Shown in pieces: positions 11,602-21,990 of a stretch of 64,000 nucleotides of DNA. Position 1 is the first letter of the stretch. Each line of letters opens with the position of its first letter. Both the position numbers and the translations under genes were made by a program. The notes under the pieces are model-generated. The model was not told where the DNA came from, did not search any database, and saw only the letters and a list, made by a program, of their open reading frames with translations. This DNA is from Isurus oxyrinchus (Eukaryota), in the NCBI GenBank assembly GCA_026770705.1, contig JANJGN010000042.1, positions 62,001 to 126,000 on the forward strand, read 5' to 3'.

Positions 11602-12989
11602 GCAGTGATTTCCAATAAATCACTTTCCATTTTAAATAAAACACCTTATTGCCTCTGGTACATCAGATTCTCATGTTAAATCAGTGCCATCTGGTTATCG
11701 ACCCTTCCTCCATTGGAAGCAGTTTCTCTTTAATTTCTCTATCTGAACCTTTCATGATTTTAATCAGCTCGATCACAATTCCTGTTTTTCCTTCTCGGCT
11801 TTCAGAAGAACAACCTCCGATTCTTCGGTCTATGAACTAAACTGTACTTGCTCATTTCTGAATTTGAACGCGGGTTTGTATCGTCACAACCGTGTTTTCT
11901 CCATGTCCCACTTGGGGGTAAAAAACAAGATATTGTTTAGCTGAAGAGTTAATGGATAACAGCAGCATTGGAAAGTTTTAGGGAATATTTTCTGGAAGTG
12001 AATGGACACATAAAAAGCCTGGAACTGTGCAGCAGTCAATATCCAAGGGGGTAAAAAGAGAAAATATTTGACTGTTCTCTATTTACCGACCTCTCATACA
12101 ATTGTTACATGTAGTAACTAATTACACCACGGAAACATGTACCAAGGTGAGTTGCAAGATACCTAAAGCTGGTATTAACAAGCTGAAGTTTCAGATTGTT
12201 GCCACAATAATTGCAGTTGTCCTCATTCCGTTTCTGTTACTGATGGACAGTGATAAGATGCAAGGCACAAGGAATAAACTGACTGAAGGGATGATGCTGC
12301 GAGGCTAAATGTGGGGAGTAAAAGGATAAGTTTTTCTGCTTGATGTTCAAACCAGCAGAAATATCACTCCTGATCAAACAATCACAGCCACTATTTCAAA
12401 GCAGCGCGCCAAACCGAGAAGTGCAACTTCCTATAATTTTATATTCCCCAACAGCATGGTTGTTTTTTCACACTCATTCTGCCATTTTATAACCCAATCC
12501 AGCTAAATATATTTTCTTACCTTGTATCCTGTTCGTTTGGAGTCAAGACATAGAGCAAATTCAGTGTGTTTTCTTGTCATTTCTCGAATGAGATTTTGGA
12601 ACCAGGCTAATTGAAGGACACTTTTATCATTGCCAATCCTTCATTGTCTTTCACTGTTTAAAACAGGCACTGTTATCATCAGCCTGTTATGTACCTTACA
12701 TAAGAAAATAAGAACTAGGAGCACGAGTAGGCAATTCAGCCCCTCCAGCCTGCCCTGCCATTCAATAGAACCATGTCTCATCTCATTTCGGCCTCAATCT
12801 ATCCTGGTTCCATTCTTCTCTATATAATCATAGCTAGAGACTCACTTGGAATGTCTTCCCTTCCCACTCCCACAGTTCCCTCTGGTGTCCCTGAGCTAAC
12901 AACTCCATTCCTCTTCCTCACAACTGTCTGAATCTAAACCAGACTTTTTGCACACATGATGTCAGATTTGACCTCGAGATGCGCTTCCA

Positions 12990-13310
12990 ACTCATGTGTG
13001 TGTGTCCCACTGATTTTCAGGTCACACCGATGATTTAAATATTTCCCCACAGACAGAACAGGCAAACAATTCTCCTTACATATCAGAGGCTGATCTGATA
13101 TGAATTCAGTGATTCTATAAGATCTTGCAAGATTTTTAGTTTGAGTTTCCCATCTGAAAATTTTCTCCCTCTAATCTCCTGTAAACAGAGTTGACAAAAG
13201 CCATCGCTGTCAGTCCAGGATAGAAATTCAGAACAGACTATTCTAGTTTCTTTGGAACATTCTTTCTCCTTTCATTCCCCCAAATCTATAAATCCCCATC
13301 CCACACACTC
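12990..13310 (-). pseudogene. Orphan ZNF acceptor cassette with first fossil finger
   Basis: Homologous to 18120-18425, including upstream intron sequence. Truncated by a LINE fragment. Confidence 0.75.
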
Positions 13311-13597
13311 CTGCCCCTCTCTGCTCATTGTTCCAGATTCAGTGCCCAGTCACCTACTAATTCTTTTCCTCTCTCTATATTCTCTCTCTTCCTATCCTTA
13401 AAGTGGTGGCTCAGTCTGTGGGTCAATCCCATTCCTTCACTCTAATTCTACCAAATATTTCAACTCAAAACAACAAACCATCTTTAATTACTTGATTCAT
13501 CATTTGGATGTTTGGAAAGAATCAGCTTTTTCCCAACTGTGGAGAACAGCAAGTCCAGTGATTAATTCAGAGCCGCTTTCTACCCAGGTCTGTTCCA

Positions 13598-13815
13598 ACA
13601 AGCTGTGTCTATACGAGTTATATTCATACAGACTCACTCACTCAGTAAGTGATCAGGTCTCACTGAACTATAACACAAGCTGTGCCTATCTGAGTTACAG
13701 TGATACAGACTCACTCAATCAGTAAGTGATCAGGTCTCACTGAACTATGACACAAACTGTGTCTATCTGAGTTCCATTGATACAGACTCAATAAGTGATC
13801 AGGTCTAACTGAAAT
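13598..13815. repeat. 77-bp tandem repeat, about 2.8 copies
   Basis: gactca...taagtgatcaggtctcactgaacta recurs at 13631, 13708 and 13785. Confidence 0.85.
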
Positions 13816-14819
13816 ACAACAACAAATGCAACAACTTATACTTATATCGAGGTTTTAACGTAATACATTGTCCCAAGAATTTTCACAGGGGCATAAGGAC
13901 ATATTAGGTCAGATGACCAACTGCTTGGTCAAGGAGCTTAGTTATAAGGAGTGTCTGAAAGGGGGAAAGTGAATTAGAAAGGTGGAGAGGTTTAGGGAGG
14001 AAATTCCAGAGCTGAGGGCCCATGCAGCTAAAGGCCCGGCCGCCAATGGTGGAGTGATTAAAATTGGGGATGAAGGACAACCAGTAATGGTGCTCCATTT
14101 ATGTGTACCCCATAGCTCAGGCTCACGGCCCAATTCTGAACTTTGGGACATTGTTTGACCGTCCCGGGTCTCAGAGAAAAACAATTCTCCAAATAAACAT
14201 CTTGTAGGATTTTTGTTTATTGATACCATAAGAAGTTTGGACCAGTTGAGTCCTCCTGTGTACATCATGGAAATTGACTTTAATAGAGTTAAAATCCTCT
14301 GGATTTCAGTGTCAGAACAAGAACATGTTTTAGCAAAAATAAAAATATATAAATACTGAAATACTGAACAGAACAAACCTGGGGAAATACACAGCAGGTC
14401 AATAACCATTAGAAAGTGATAAGTTAATAGTCACTGTTTCAGGTGGGACTCCTTCAGAATAAACACTTCCCACCACCAGCGCCAACCCCCCTTCCCCATC
14501 CCCCTCCCTGTGAACTGAACATTCCTCCAATCACTCATCCACACATTGCACATCCACCCAATGGCTCCCAGCCTGGACTGACATTCAGCATGAACCCAGT
14601 GAGGGGGTGAGCTAGCCCACGGGATGTCAGAATGGACAAGAGCTGGAAGTGGTTCCAATCAATGCGTTTTAAGTTTCATTGTTAAAAACAGGAAACTTAA
14701 CATTTTGTCAAGCCCCCATGTGCACACCCTTGGTGATTTATAATTTCTCACCCAGTCCTTTCCTCTGGTTTCAACATGGTGCATCCTGTGTGGGTTCAGC
14801 AGAGGTAGAGACAGGCTGC

Positions 14820-15977
14820 TCAGGAGATGGGGCAGAGTGTCGGGAGATGGGGGCAGCGTGTTGGGAGATGGGGGCAGAGTGTCGGGCGATGGGGGCAGAG
14901 TGTCGGGAGATGGGGGCAGAGTGTCGGGAGATGGGGGCAGAGTGCCGGGAGATGGGGACAGAGTGTCGGGAGATGGGGGCAGAGTGTCGGGAGATGGGGC
15001 AGAGTGTCGGGAGATGGGGGCAGAGTGTCGGGAGATGGGGCAGAGTGTCGGGAGATGGGGGCAGAGTGTCGGGAGGTGGGGCAGAGTGTCGGGAGATGGG
15101 GCAGAATGTCGGGAGGTGGGGGCAGAGTGTGGGGAGATGGGGCAGAGTGTCGGGAGATGGGGGCAGAGTGTCGGGAGATGGGGGCAGAGTGTCGGGAGAT
15201 GGGGGCAGAGTGTCGGGAGATGGGGTCAGAATGTCGGGAGATGGGGGCAGAGTGTTGGGAGATGGGGGCAGAGTGTCGGGAGATGGGGATACCCTGTCGG
15301 GAGATGGGGCAGAGTGTCGGGAGATGGGGGATACCCTGTCGGGAGATGGGGGCAGAGTGTCGGGAGATGGGGGCAGGGTGTTGGGAGATGGGGGCAGAGT
15401 GTCAGGAGATGGGGCATAGTGTCGGGAGATGGGGGCAGAGTGTCGGGAGATGGGGCAGAGTGTCCGGAAATGGGGGCAGAGTGTCGGGAGATGGGGCAGA
15501 GTGTTGGGAGATGGGGGCAGAGTGTCAGGAGATGGGGATACCCTGTTGGGAGATGGGGCAGAGTGTCAGGAGATGGGGATACCCTGTCGGGAGATGGGGC
15601 AGAGTGTCGGGAGATGGGGATACCCTGTCGGGAGATGGGGGCAGAGTGTCGGGAGATGGGGGCAGGGTGTTGGGAGATGGGGGCAGAGTGTCAGGAGATG
15701 GGGCAGAGTGTCGGGAGATGGGGGCAGAGTGTCGGGAGATGGGGGCAGAGTGTCGGGAGATGGGGGCAGAGTGTCAGGAGATGGGGGCAGAGTTGTCAGG
15801 AGATGGGGCAGAGTGTCGGGAGATGGGGGCAGAGTGTGGGGAGTTGGAGGCAGAGTGTCGGGAGATGGGGGCAGAGTGTCGGGAGATGGGGCAGAGTGTC
15901 GGGAGATGGGGCAGAGTGTCGGAAGATGGGGGCAGAGTGTCGGGAGATGGGGGCAGAGTGTCGGGAGATGGGGGCAG
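14820..15977. repeat. G-rich 20/21-bp minisatellite
   Basis: Unit GGGAGATGGGG(G)CAGAGTGTC, roughly 55 copies, with a variant GGGGATACCCTGTC. Confidence 0.97.
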
Positions 15978-16169
15978 CTTTTTGGGAGACGGGACATGTA
16001 TACTGTACACGTTCTTCTTCATAATTCACAACACTATTCCTGATGTCCATGAGCTGCCTCACTTTCTTTCCCATTAATTCCATTTGCTGATCTATCAGTA
16101 ATGGACTTGCTGCCATCTCGTACAAAACTGTTTTCACCACAAAGGCTCCGCTGGTATGTAATAGTCTTC

Positions 16170-16275
16170 ATGACATCATCGCACTGGGACTGGATGACAT
16201 CATCGCACTGGGACTGGATGACATCTTCGCACTGGGACTGGATGACATCATCGCACTGGGACTGGATGACATCAT
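16170..16275. repeat. 24-bp tandem repeat (about 4.4 copies)
   Basis: Unit atgacatcatcgcactgggactgg. Confidence 0.9.
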
Positions 16276-16850
16276 AAGAGTCCATTGTTTCTTAATGATC
16301 CACATCAATAACAAGAGGAAATATTAATAAACCTGAGCACATTATCTAGGCTGACACTCCAGGGTGACATTGAGGGACTGCTGCACTGTCAGAGACAGCA
16401 TCCTTCACATGGAACTTGTGGAGGCTCTGGTCACAATCTTCCAATCCTCCTTATACAGTAGTGGTGTCAAAGGACTGACAGATTGTAAATGTTACACCCC
16501 TGTTCAAAAACACAGCAATTCCAGGACAATCAGCTTCACATCAGTGGTGGAGAAAGGCTGGAGACAATAATCTGGGAGAAAATCAGTTGACACTTGGAAA
16601 AATATTGGTTATTTCCAGCATTTTCTGTTTTTAATACTGATACTTCCCTGGATCCCAAGGCTCTCTGGGAGGTTTGGGGAGTTGGGACTTATCCATGAGA
16701 GTAACCAAAGGTCTGAGAACTGAAAGAATCAAGGGTTAGAAAGGAGAAAAGATCCAAAAATGGAGCAGTTGGGAAAAGGACATCGATTCGTCTCCTCTTA
16801 TCCTGGAGAAATCAAGGACTCGACATCCTGAGAGTTTGAAACAAAGCTGA

Positions 16851-18290
16851 TTTATTTAACAGACATCAAGATATTAAACTTCAGCCCAGTTACAGGGATT
16901 ATTAACATCAGCAGAAACAAACCACAACTATCAGAATGAACATGGTTCAGTTCTGGATGTGATTAACAACAGCAATAACAGCAGAATCCAACCCCTGCAG
17001 ACACTTGTGAACTCGCTGGTGTCTGAGCAGGTGGGATGAGCAAGTGAATCCCTTCTACATTCGGAGAAGGTGAACAGCCTCTCTCCAGTGTGAACTCGCT
17101 GGTGTCTCAACAGGTTGGATAAATGAGTGAATCCCTTTCCACACTCGGAGCAGGTGGACAGTCTCTCTCCAATGTGAATTCACTGGTGTACACTGAGGTG
17201 GAATGAAGGCTGAATCCCTTTTCCACAGGAAGTACAGGTGAACGGCCTCTCCTTGTGTGAATTTGCTGGTGTTTCAGCAGGTGGGATGACTGAGTGAATC
17301 CTTTCTCACACTCAGAGCAGGTGAAAGGCCTCTCCCCAGTGTGAATTCGCTGGTGCACTTTGAGGTTGAATAAAGTCCTGAATCTCTTTCCACAGGAAGT
17401 ACAACTAAATGGCCTTTCCTCAGTGTGAATTCGCTGGTGCGTCAGTAGGTTAGAAGAGCCAGTGAATCCCTTCCCACATACCATGCAGGTGAATGCTCTC
17501 TCTCCAGTGTGAACTTGCTGGTGTGTCAACAGGTGGGATGACCGAGTGAATCCCTTCCCACACTCGGAGCAGGTGAATGGTCTCTCTCCAGTGTGAACTT
17601 GCTGGTGTCTCAGCAGTTGGGATGACCGAGTGAATCCCTTCCCACACTGGGAGCAAGTGAAGGGTCTCTCTCCAGTGTGAACTTGCTGGTGTGTCAGCAG
17701 GTGGGATGACCGAGTGAATCCCTTCCCACACTGGGAGCAGGTGAATGGTCTCTCTCCAGTGTGAACTTGCTGGTGTCTCAGCAGGTGGGATAACCACTTG
17801 AATCCCTTCCCACACTCGGAGCAGGTGAACGGCCTTTCCCCAGTGTGACTGTGTCGATGGATTTCCAGTTTGGAAGCACAATTGAATCCTTTCCCACAGT
17901 CCTCACATTTCTATGGTTTCTCCATGGTCCAGCTGTCCCTGTGTCTCTCCAAGTTTGGTGATCAGTTGAAGCCTCGTCCACACAGAGAACACATGTACAG
18001 TTTCTCCCCACTGTGAATGGTGTGATGCTATTTCAGGCTTTATAACTGGTTAAAGCTCTTTCCATAGTCAGTTCACTGGAACACTCTCACTCGGGTGTGA
18101 GTGTGTCTCGGTGCTTTTCCAGTCACACTGATGTTTGAAATATTTTCCCACAGACAGAACAGACAAATGTTCCTCCCTCCACATTCAAAGGTGATGATAT
18201 TCAGGTCCTGATGAATCGAGTGACTCGGTCAGATCTTGATGTGATGTTTGGTTTGAGTTTCCTGCCTGAAAATCCTCCCCTTGTAATTCT
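16851..18290 (-). pseudogene. C2H2 zinc-finger paralog, disrupted
   Basis: Same acceptor cassette (exon starts 18290). ATG at 17925 reads MEKP then TAG (17913-17911; TGG in the paralog). About 8 intact fingers follow, then a frameshift near 17250 and further lesions. The 3' UTR and AATAAA (16851-16856) are homologous to 2440-2620. Confidence 0.85.
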
Positions 18291-19434
18291 CTGTAAAAGG
18301 AGTTTACAAGAGTCATCACTGTAAGAACAGGATAGAAATTCAGAACAGACAATTCTAGTTTCTATGGAACATTTTTTCCTCTCTAGTTCCCCAAAAGCTG
18401 CAAATCCCTGTCCCACACACTCTCCCTCCTCCCGGTGCTGAAATCCAAACAGAATTTTGGACAATTCTTTCTGAATCTTCTTAACAAATTTCTACAACGG
18501 GAGGTGACAATATGTTTGATCATTCACTTCAGTGATTTCTCTTGACAAAACATTAATCTGAAACCCCCTGTCCGACCATACAGAATAGCAGATGTTAACC
18601 TTGTGTCCAAAACTTACTGTGTGGAGATTTAATGAGCGATCGTGTAGGTGGTTTCTTCAAACCTCCCAGGGTTTCCTTCCTTCCTTCTCTCTCTCTCTAA
18701 CTAAGTTAAACCTGGGATCAGTCTCATGGCCCATTCTGGTTCCTGCTTCTCTTCCTGATGACTAATTAACTCCATTTAAACACTGAGCAGACTGAAGACA
18801 CAGTTTTCGTCCCCTGCTCCAATTTCCATTTCCCAGATACCAACTCCATCCCTCTCCCTGGGAACAGTCTGAGATTAAACCAGTCTGTTCACAAACTTGG
18901 TGGCACATTTGATCTCGAAATGAGCTGCTGACCTCATGTCTGTGCCATCACTAAGATCGCCTGTTTCCACCTCTGTAATATCAGCTGACCTCACCCCTGT
19001 CTCAGGAGTGTCTCATCTGCCGCTGAAACCCTCATCACTGCCATTTTTAACTCCAGACTCAACCATTCCAACACACTCCTGGCTGGTCTCCAACATTCTG
19101 CCCTGCGTAACCGTGAAGACATCCATATTTTTCCTGTCTGTGTCTTCACTCACAGCTAGGCCCATTCCCTGACCTTTCTTGTCTCCCGTTCAAGCAGCAA
19201 CTTGATTTTAAAATTCTCAGTCTTGTTTTCAAATCCTCCCAAGGCCTCCTCTCTCCCAATCTCTGCAATCTCCTGCACAACCCGTTATGATATCTGCACA
19301 GCTCTAATTCTAGCATCCCTGTTTTAATTGCTCCACCATTAGCGTCCATGCCTTCAGTTCCCTTGACCCCAAGCTCTGAGATTCTCTCCCTCTGTCTACC
19401 ACACTTTTCCCCTTTAAGACAATTAAGTATTAAT

Positions 19435-19830
19435 GAAAAAAGACATTTTGGCAAAACGTTTTATCTTGTACTCATCAGGATAGAGGGAAGAATATCAAAT
19501 TTCAAAAATTATCAGTCGGGCTCATAATGTGGCTGACTTACACTTGCTAGAAGCTACATATGTTCATCCACAGGGGCCTGTCCTCCGCAGGCAGAAGGAA
19601 CAAGTCCAGGCACGGGGCCTATTGTGGAATTAAACAAAAGCACAGAGGATGACAGCTCCTGGCTGTGTTCTCCATGGCAACAACCAATCAGAGCTGACGG
19701 GCCAACCAATCTGCACCCTTTTCTCATGCAGTAGAAATTGTTGTTCCCTTTGAAATTTGGGATTCTTGTGTCCGTCCTGGTGAGTGCAAGTCGAAAAGCT
19801 TTGACAGCTTGTCTCTTTTTTCGGTAATGA
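19435..19830. mobile_element. Short remnant of a second Penelope-like family with inverted ends
   Basis: 19441-19507 and 19749-19815 are inverted copies carrying CTGATGA/CTGGTGA-gt(a/g)caag-(G)AAA cores. Confidence 0.55.
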
Positions 19831-20069
19831 TCAAATTTTTTACAACCAAGCGACTTTTTAAGTATTTTGGACACCTCTTTCTGTGTCTGGGTGTCACACT
19901 TTGTTTTATAATTTCCCTGTGAAGCTCACTGGGATGATGTATGATGTTAATAGAAGTTGTTGTTGTTTCTGACTGTGACCCTGATCTCCTGTTTTACACC
20001 AACCCATTGATTTCACACCAAACTCTATCTCTGATTTATTGTCCCTCCTGCAGGTCATTCATCCGGGTC

Positions 20070-20600
20070 TGCAGCCTCTGTAAAGATGGCGCCCACGCAT
20101 GCTCCCTGTTGGACATTGCCCCCTACAAAGATGGTGGCCGCACATGCGCTCTGCTGCTTCTTGCCCCATCCAAAATGGCAGCCGTTATCTTGGGCCTACT
20201 TCCGGAGAAATAGCCTAATCTGTGGTTGGACGGATGGTTCCTTATTGAGGGTTTAGGACAGAGACCGTGAATCCATAAAGCCTCCCGACTTACCCGCCAG
20301 CCCTATCTATGCTCACGGGTTTTTTTTTTCCCGTCCTCAGTCCACACTCGCTCTTTGTAAATCCCATATTTCAAATCCGCTCGCTCGAGCTCTCCCCACG
20401 TCTGACTTCACACTCTGCACATGCTCCAGCTCACAATGATTGACGGCGGCTCGGAACCAATAGGAAGAGGGGGCGGGCCTGGAGGATAGAGGGTGAGCGG
20501 CTGGTTCTCCGACCAATCGGAGTGAATGAGGGGCGTGGCCGGTCTTGCATTGAAGCATGCGCAGTACCAGTGCGGAACTAGGATGAAGGCGGTCGGGTGA
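20070..20600. promoter_or_regulatory. Probable bidirectional CpG promoter (YY1 x3, NRF1, CCAAT x2, GC box)
   Basis: AAGATGGCG/AAGATGGTGG/AAAATGGCAG at 20083-20182, CCAAT at about 20457 and 20513, GCATGCGCAG at about 20555. Lies between the - strand ZNF pseudogene and a + strand orphan cassette. Confidence 0.6.
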
Positions 20601-20719
20601 GAGTCCAGCGGGTGAGAAAGGGCCGAGTGCAGGAGAGGAATGGAGCTGGAGGGTGGACTGGGAGGGTTCACAAACACCCGGATTAGAAACTCCCGGAGCC
20701 CAGTTTACACCGAGTGTTT

Positions 20720-20995
20720 GGATACTCCTTTTCCAGAAGGTTAGAAGGGGAGGATTCACACACAGTAAACTCAAACCAAGAGAAATATTTGTTTCACCTC
20801 AATTTCTACCCCTGACTGACAGGGAATTTTTTTATAATCTCCTTTTTACAGGATTTCCAATGGGAAGGATTTGCAGATGGAGAAACTCAAACCAAACATC
20901 ACATCAAGGTCTGACAGGTCACTTGAGTCATCAGGATCTAAATGACTTTGACTGTGGAAGGAAAAAAGGTTTGTCTGTTCTGTTTGTGGGAAAAG
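20720..20995 (+). pseudogene. Orphan ZNF acceptor cassette (tandem double)
   Basis: Same double cassette as 7485-7750, in the opposite orientation. Confidence 0.75.
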
Positions 20996-21299
20996 CACCG
21001 GGATTTTCAAAATCCTGGTCAGAGTGAACCTAAACCACCGTAAAAAAAATGCTGGAAGTGCTCAGCAGGTCTGGCAGCATCTGTGAGAGAAACAGAGTTA
21101 ACGTTGCAGGTCAATGTGACCTTTCATCAGAACAGGAATACAGTGTTCAGTTCTGGGCAGCACTTTAGGAAGGATTAACTATATTGGCCTTAGTGGGAGA
21201 GCAGTGCAGATGTACCTGAATAACACTTGGATTCCAAGGGTTAAATTATGAGGAGAGTTCAAACAAATGTGTCAGAATCATTGCAGCACAGAAAGAGGC

Positions 21300-21990
21300 C
21301 ATTCAGCCCATTGAGTTCACGCCAGCTCTCGGTAGAGCAATCCAGTCTGTCTCATTGCCCCGCAGTGTCTTCAACCCCCTGCATATTTCTCTTAAATGCT
21401 GGTCCAATTTAATTTTAAAGCATTGATCATGTCTACTTCCAGCCTGCTCGTAGGCAGAGAGTTCTGGGTTATTACCACTTGTTGTGTAAAATGTTCCTCC
21501 CTGCATTTGCCCTGTATCTATTGCCCATAACCTTCAATCTGTGTCCCCCTAATCCTTGTACCATCACCAAATGGAAACAACATTTTCTTTGTCCACCTTA
21601 TCTGAACCTGTCACAATCTTGTTCACCTCTAACAAATCTCCCCTCAACTCTGTAACTCCAAGAAGAACAACTTCAGCTTCTCCAATCTCACTTTGTAACC
21701 GAATTCCCTTTTTCCTGGAACCATTCTGGTAAATCTCCTCCGCATCTTTTCAAGGACCCTCACCCCTTTCCTAAAGTGTGGAGACCAGAACTGGATGCAA
21801 TACTCCTGTTGTGACCTAACCAGAGCTTTATAATGGGTCAGCTTTTTTTCCCTGCGTTTATACAGATTAAATCTGCTTATGAAGCCCACAATCTCATCTA
21901 TTTTGCGAACTGCTCTCTCAATATGTCCTTTCGCCTTCAAATGTGTATGCACATCAACCCCCAGTTCCCTGAATCCCTGCACACCCTTTA
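21300..21990 (-). mobile_element. CR1-type LINE fragment
   Basis: YKALVRSQQEYCIQFWSPHFRKGVRVLEKMRRRFTRMVPG. Confidence 0.85.

Noticed and set aside
12521-12606. Homeodomain (WFQN)
   Set aside because: Lacks RR after WFQN and any helix 1-2 similarity.
14820-15977. Immunoglobulin switch region
   Set aside because: About 40 kb downstream of the C exons, not upstream of a C gene, and poor in AGCT motifs.
14679-16140. Long ORFs (MGAECRE / GRWGQSV / GDGGRVS repeats)
   Set aside because: Translations of a 20/21-bp minisatellite that slip between frames; no coding constraint.
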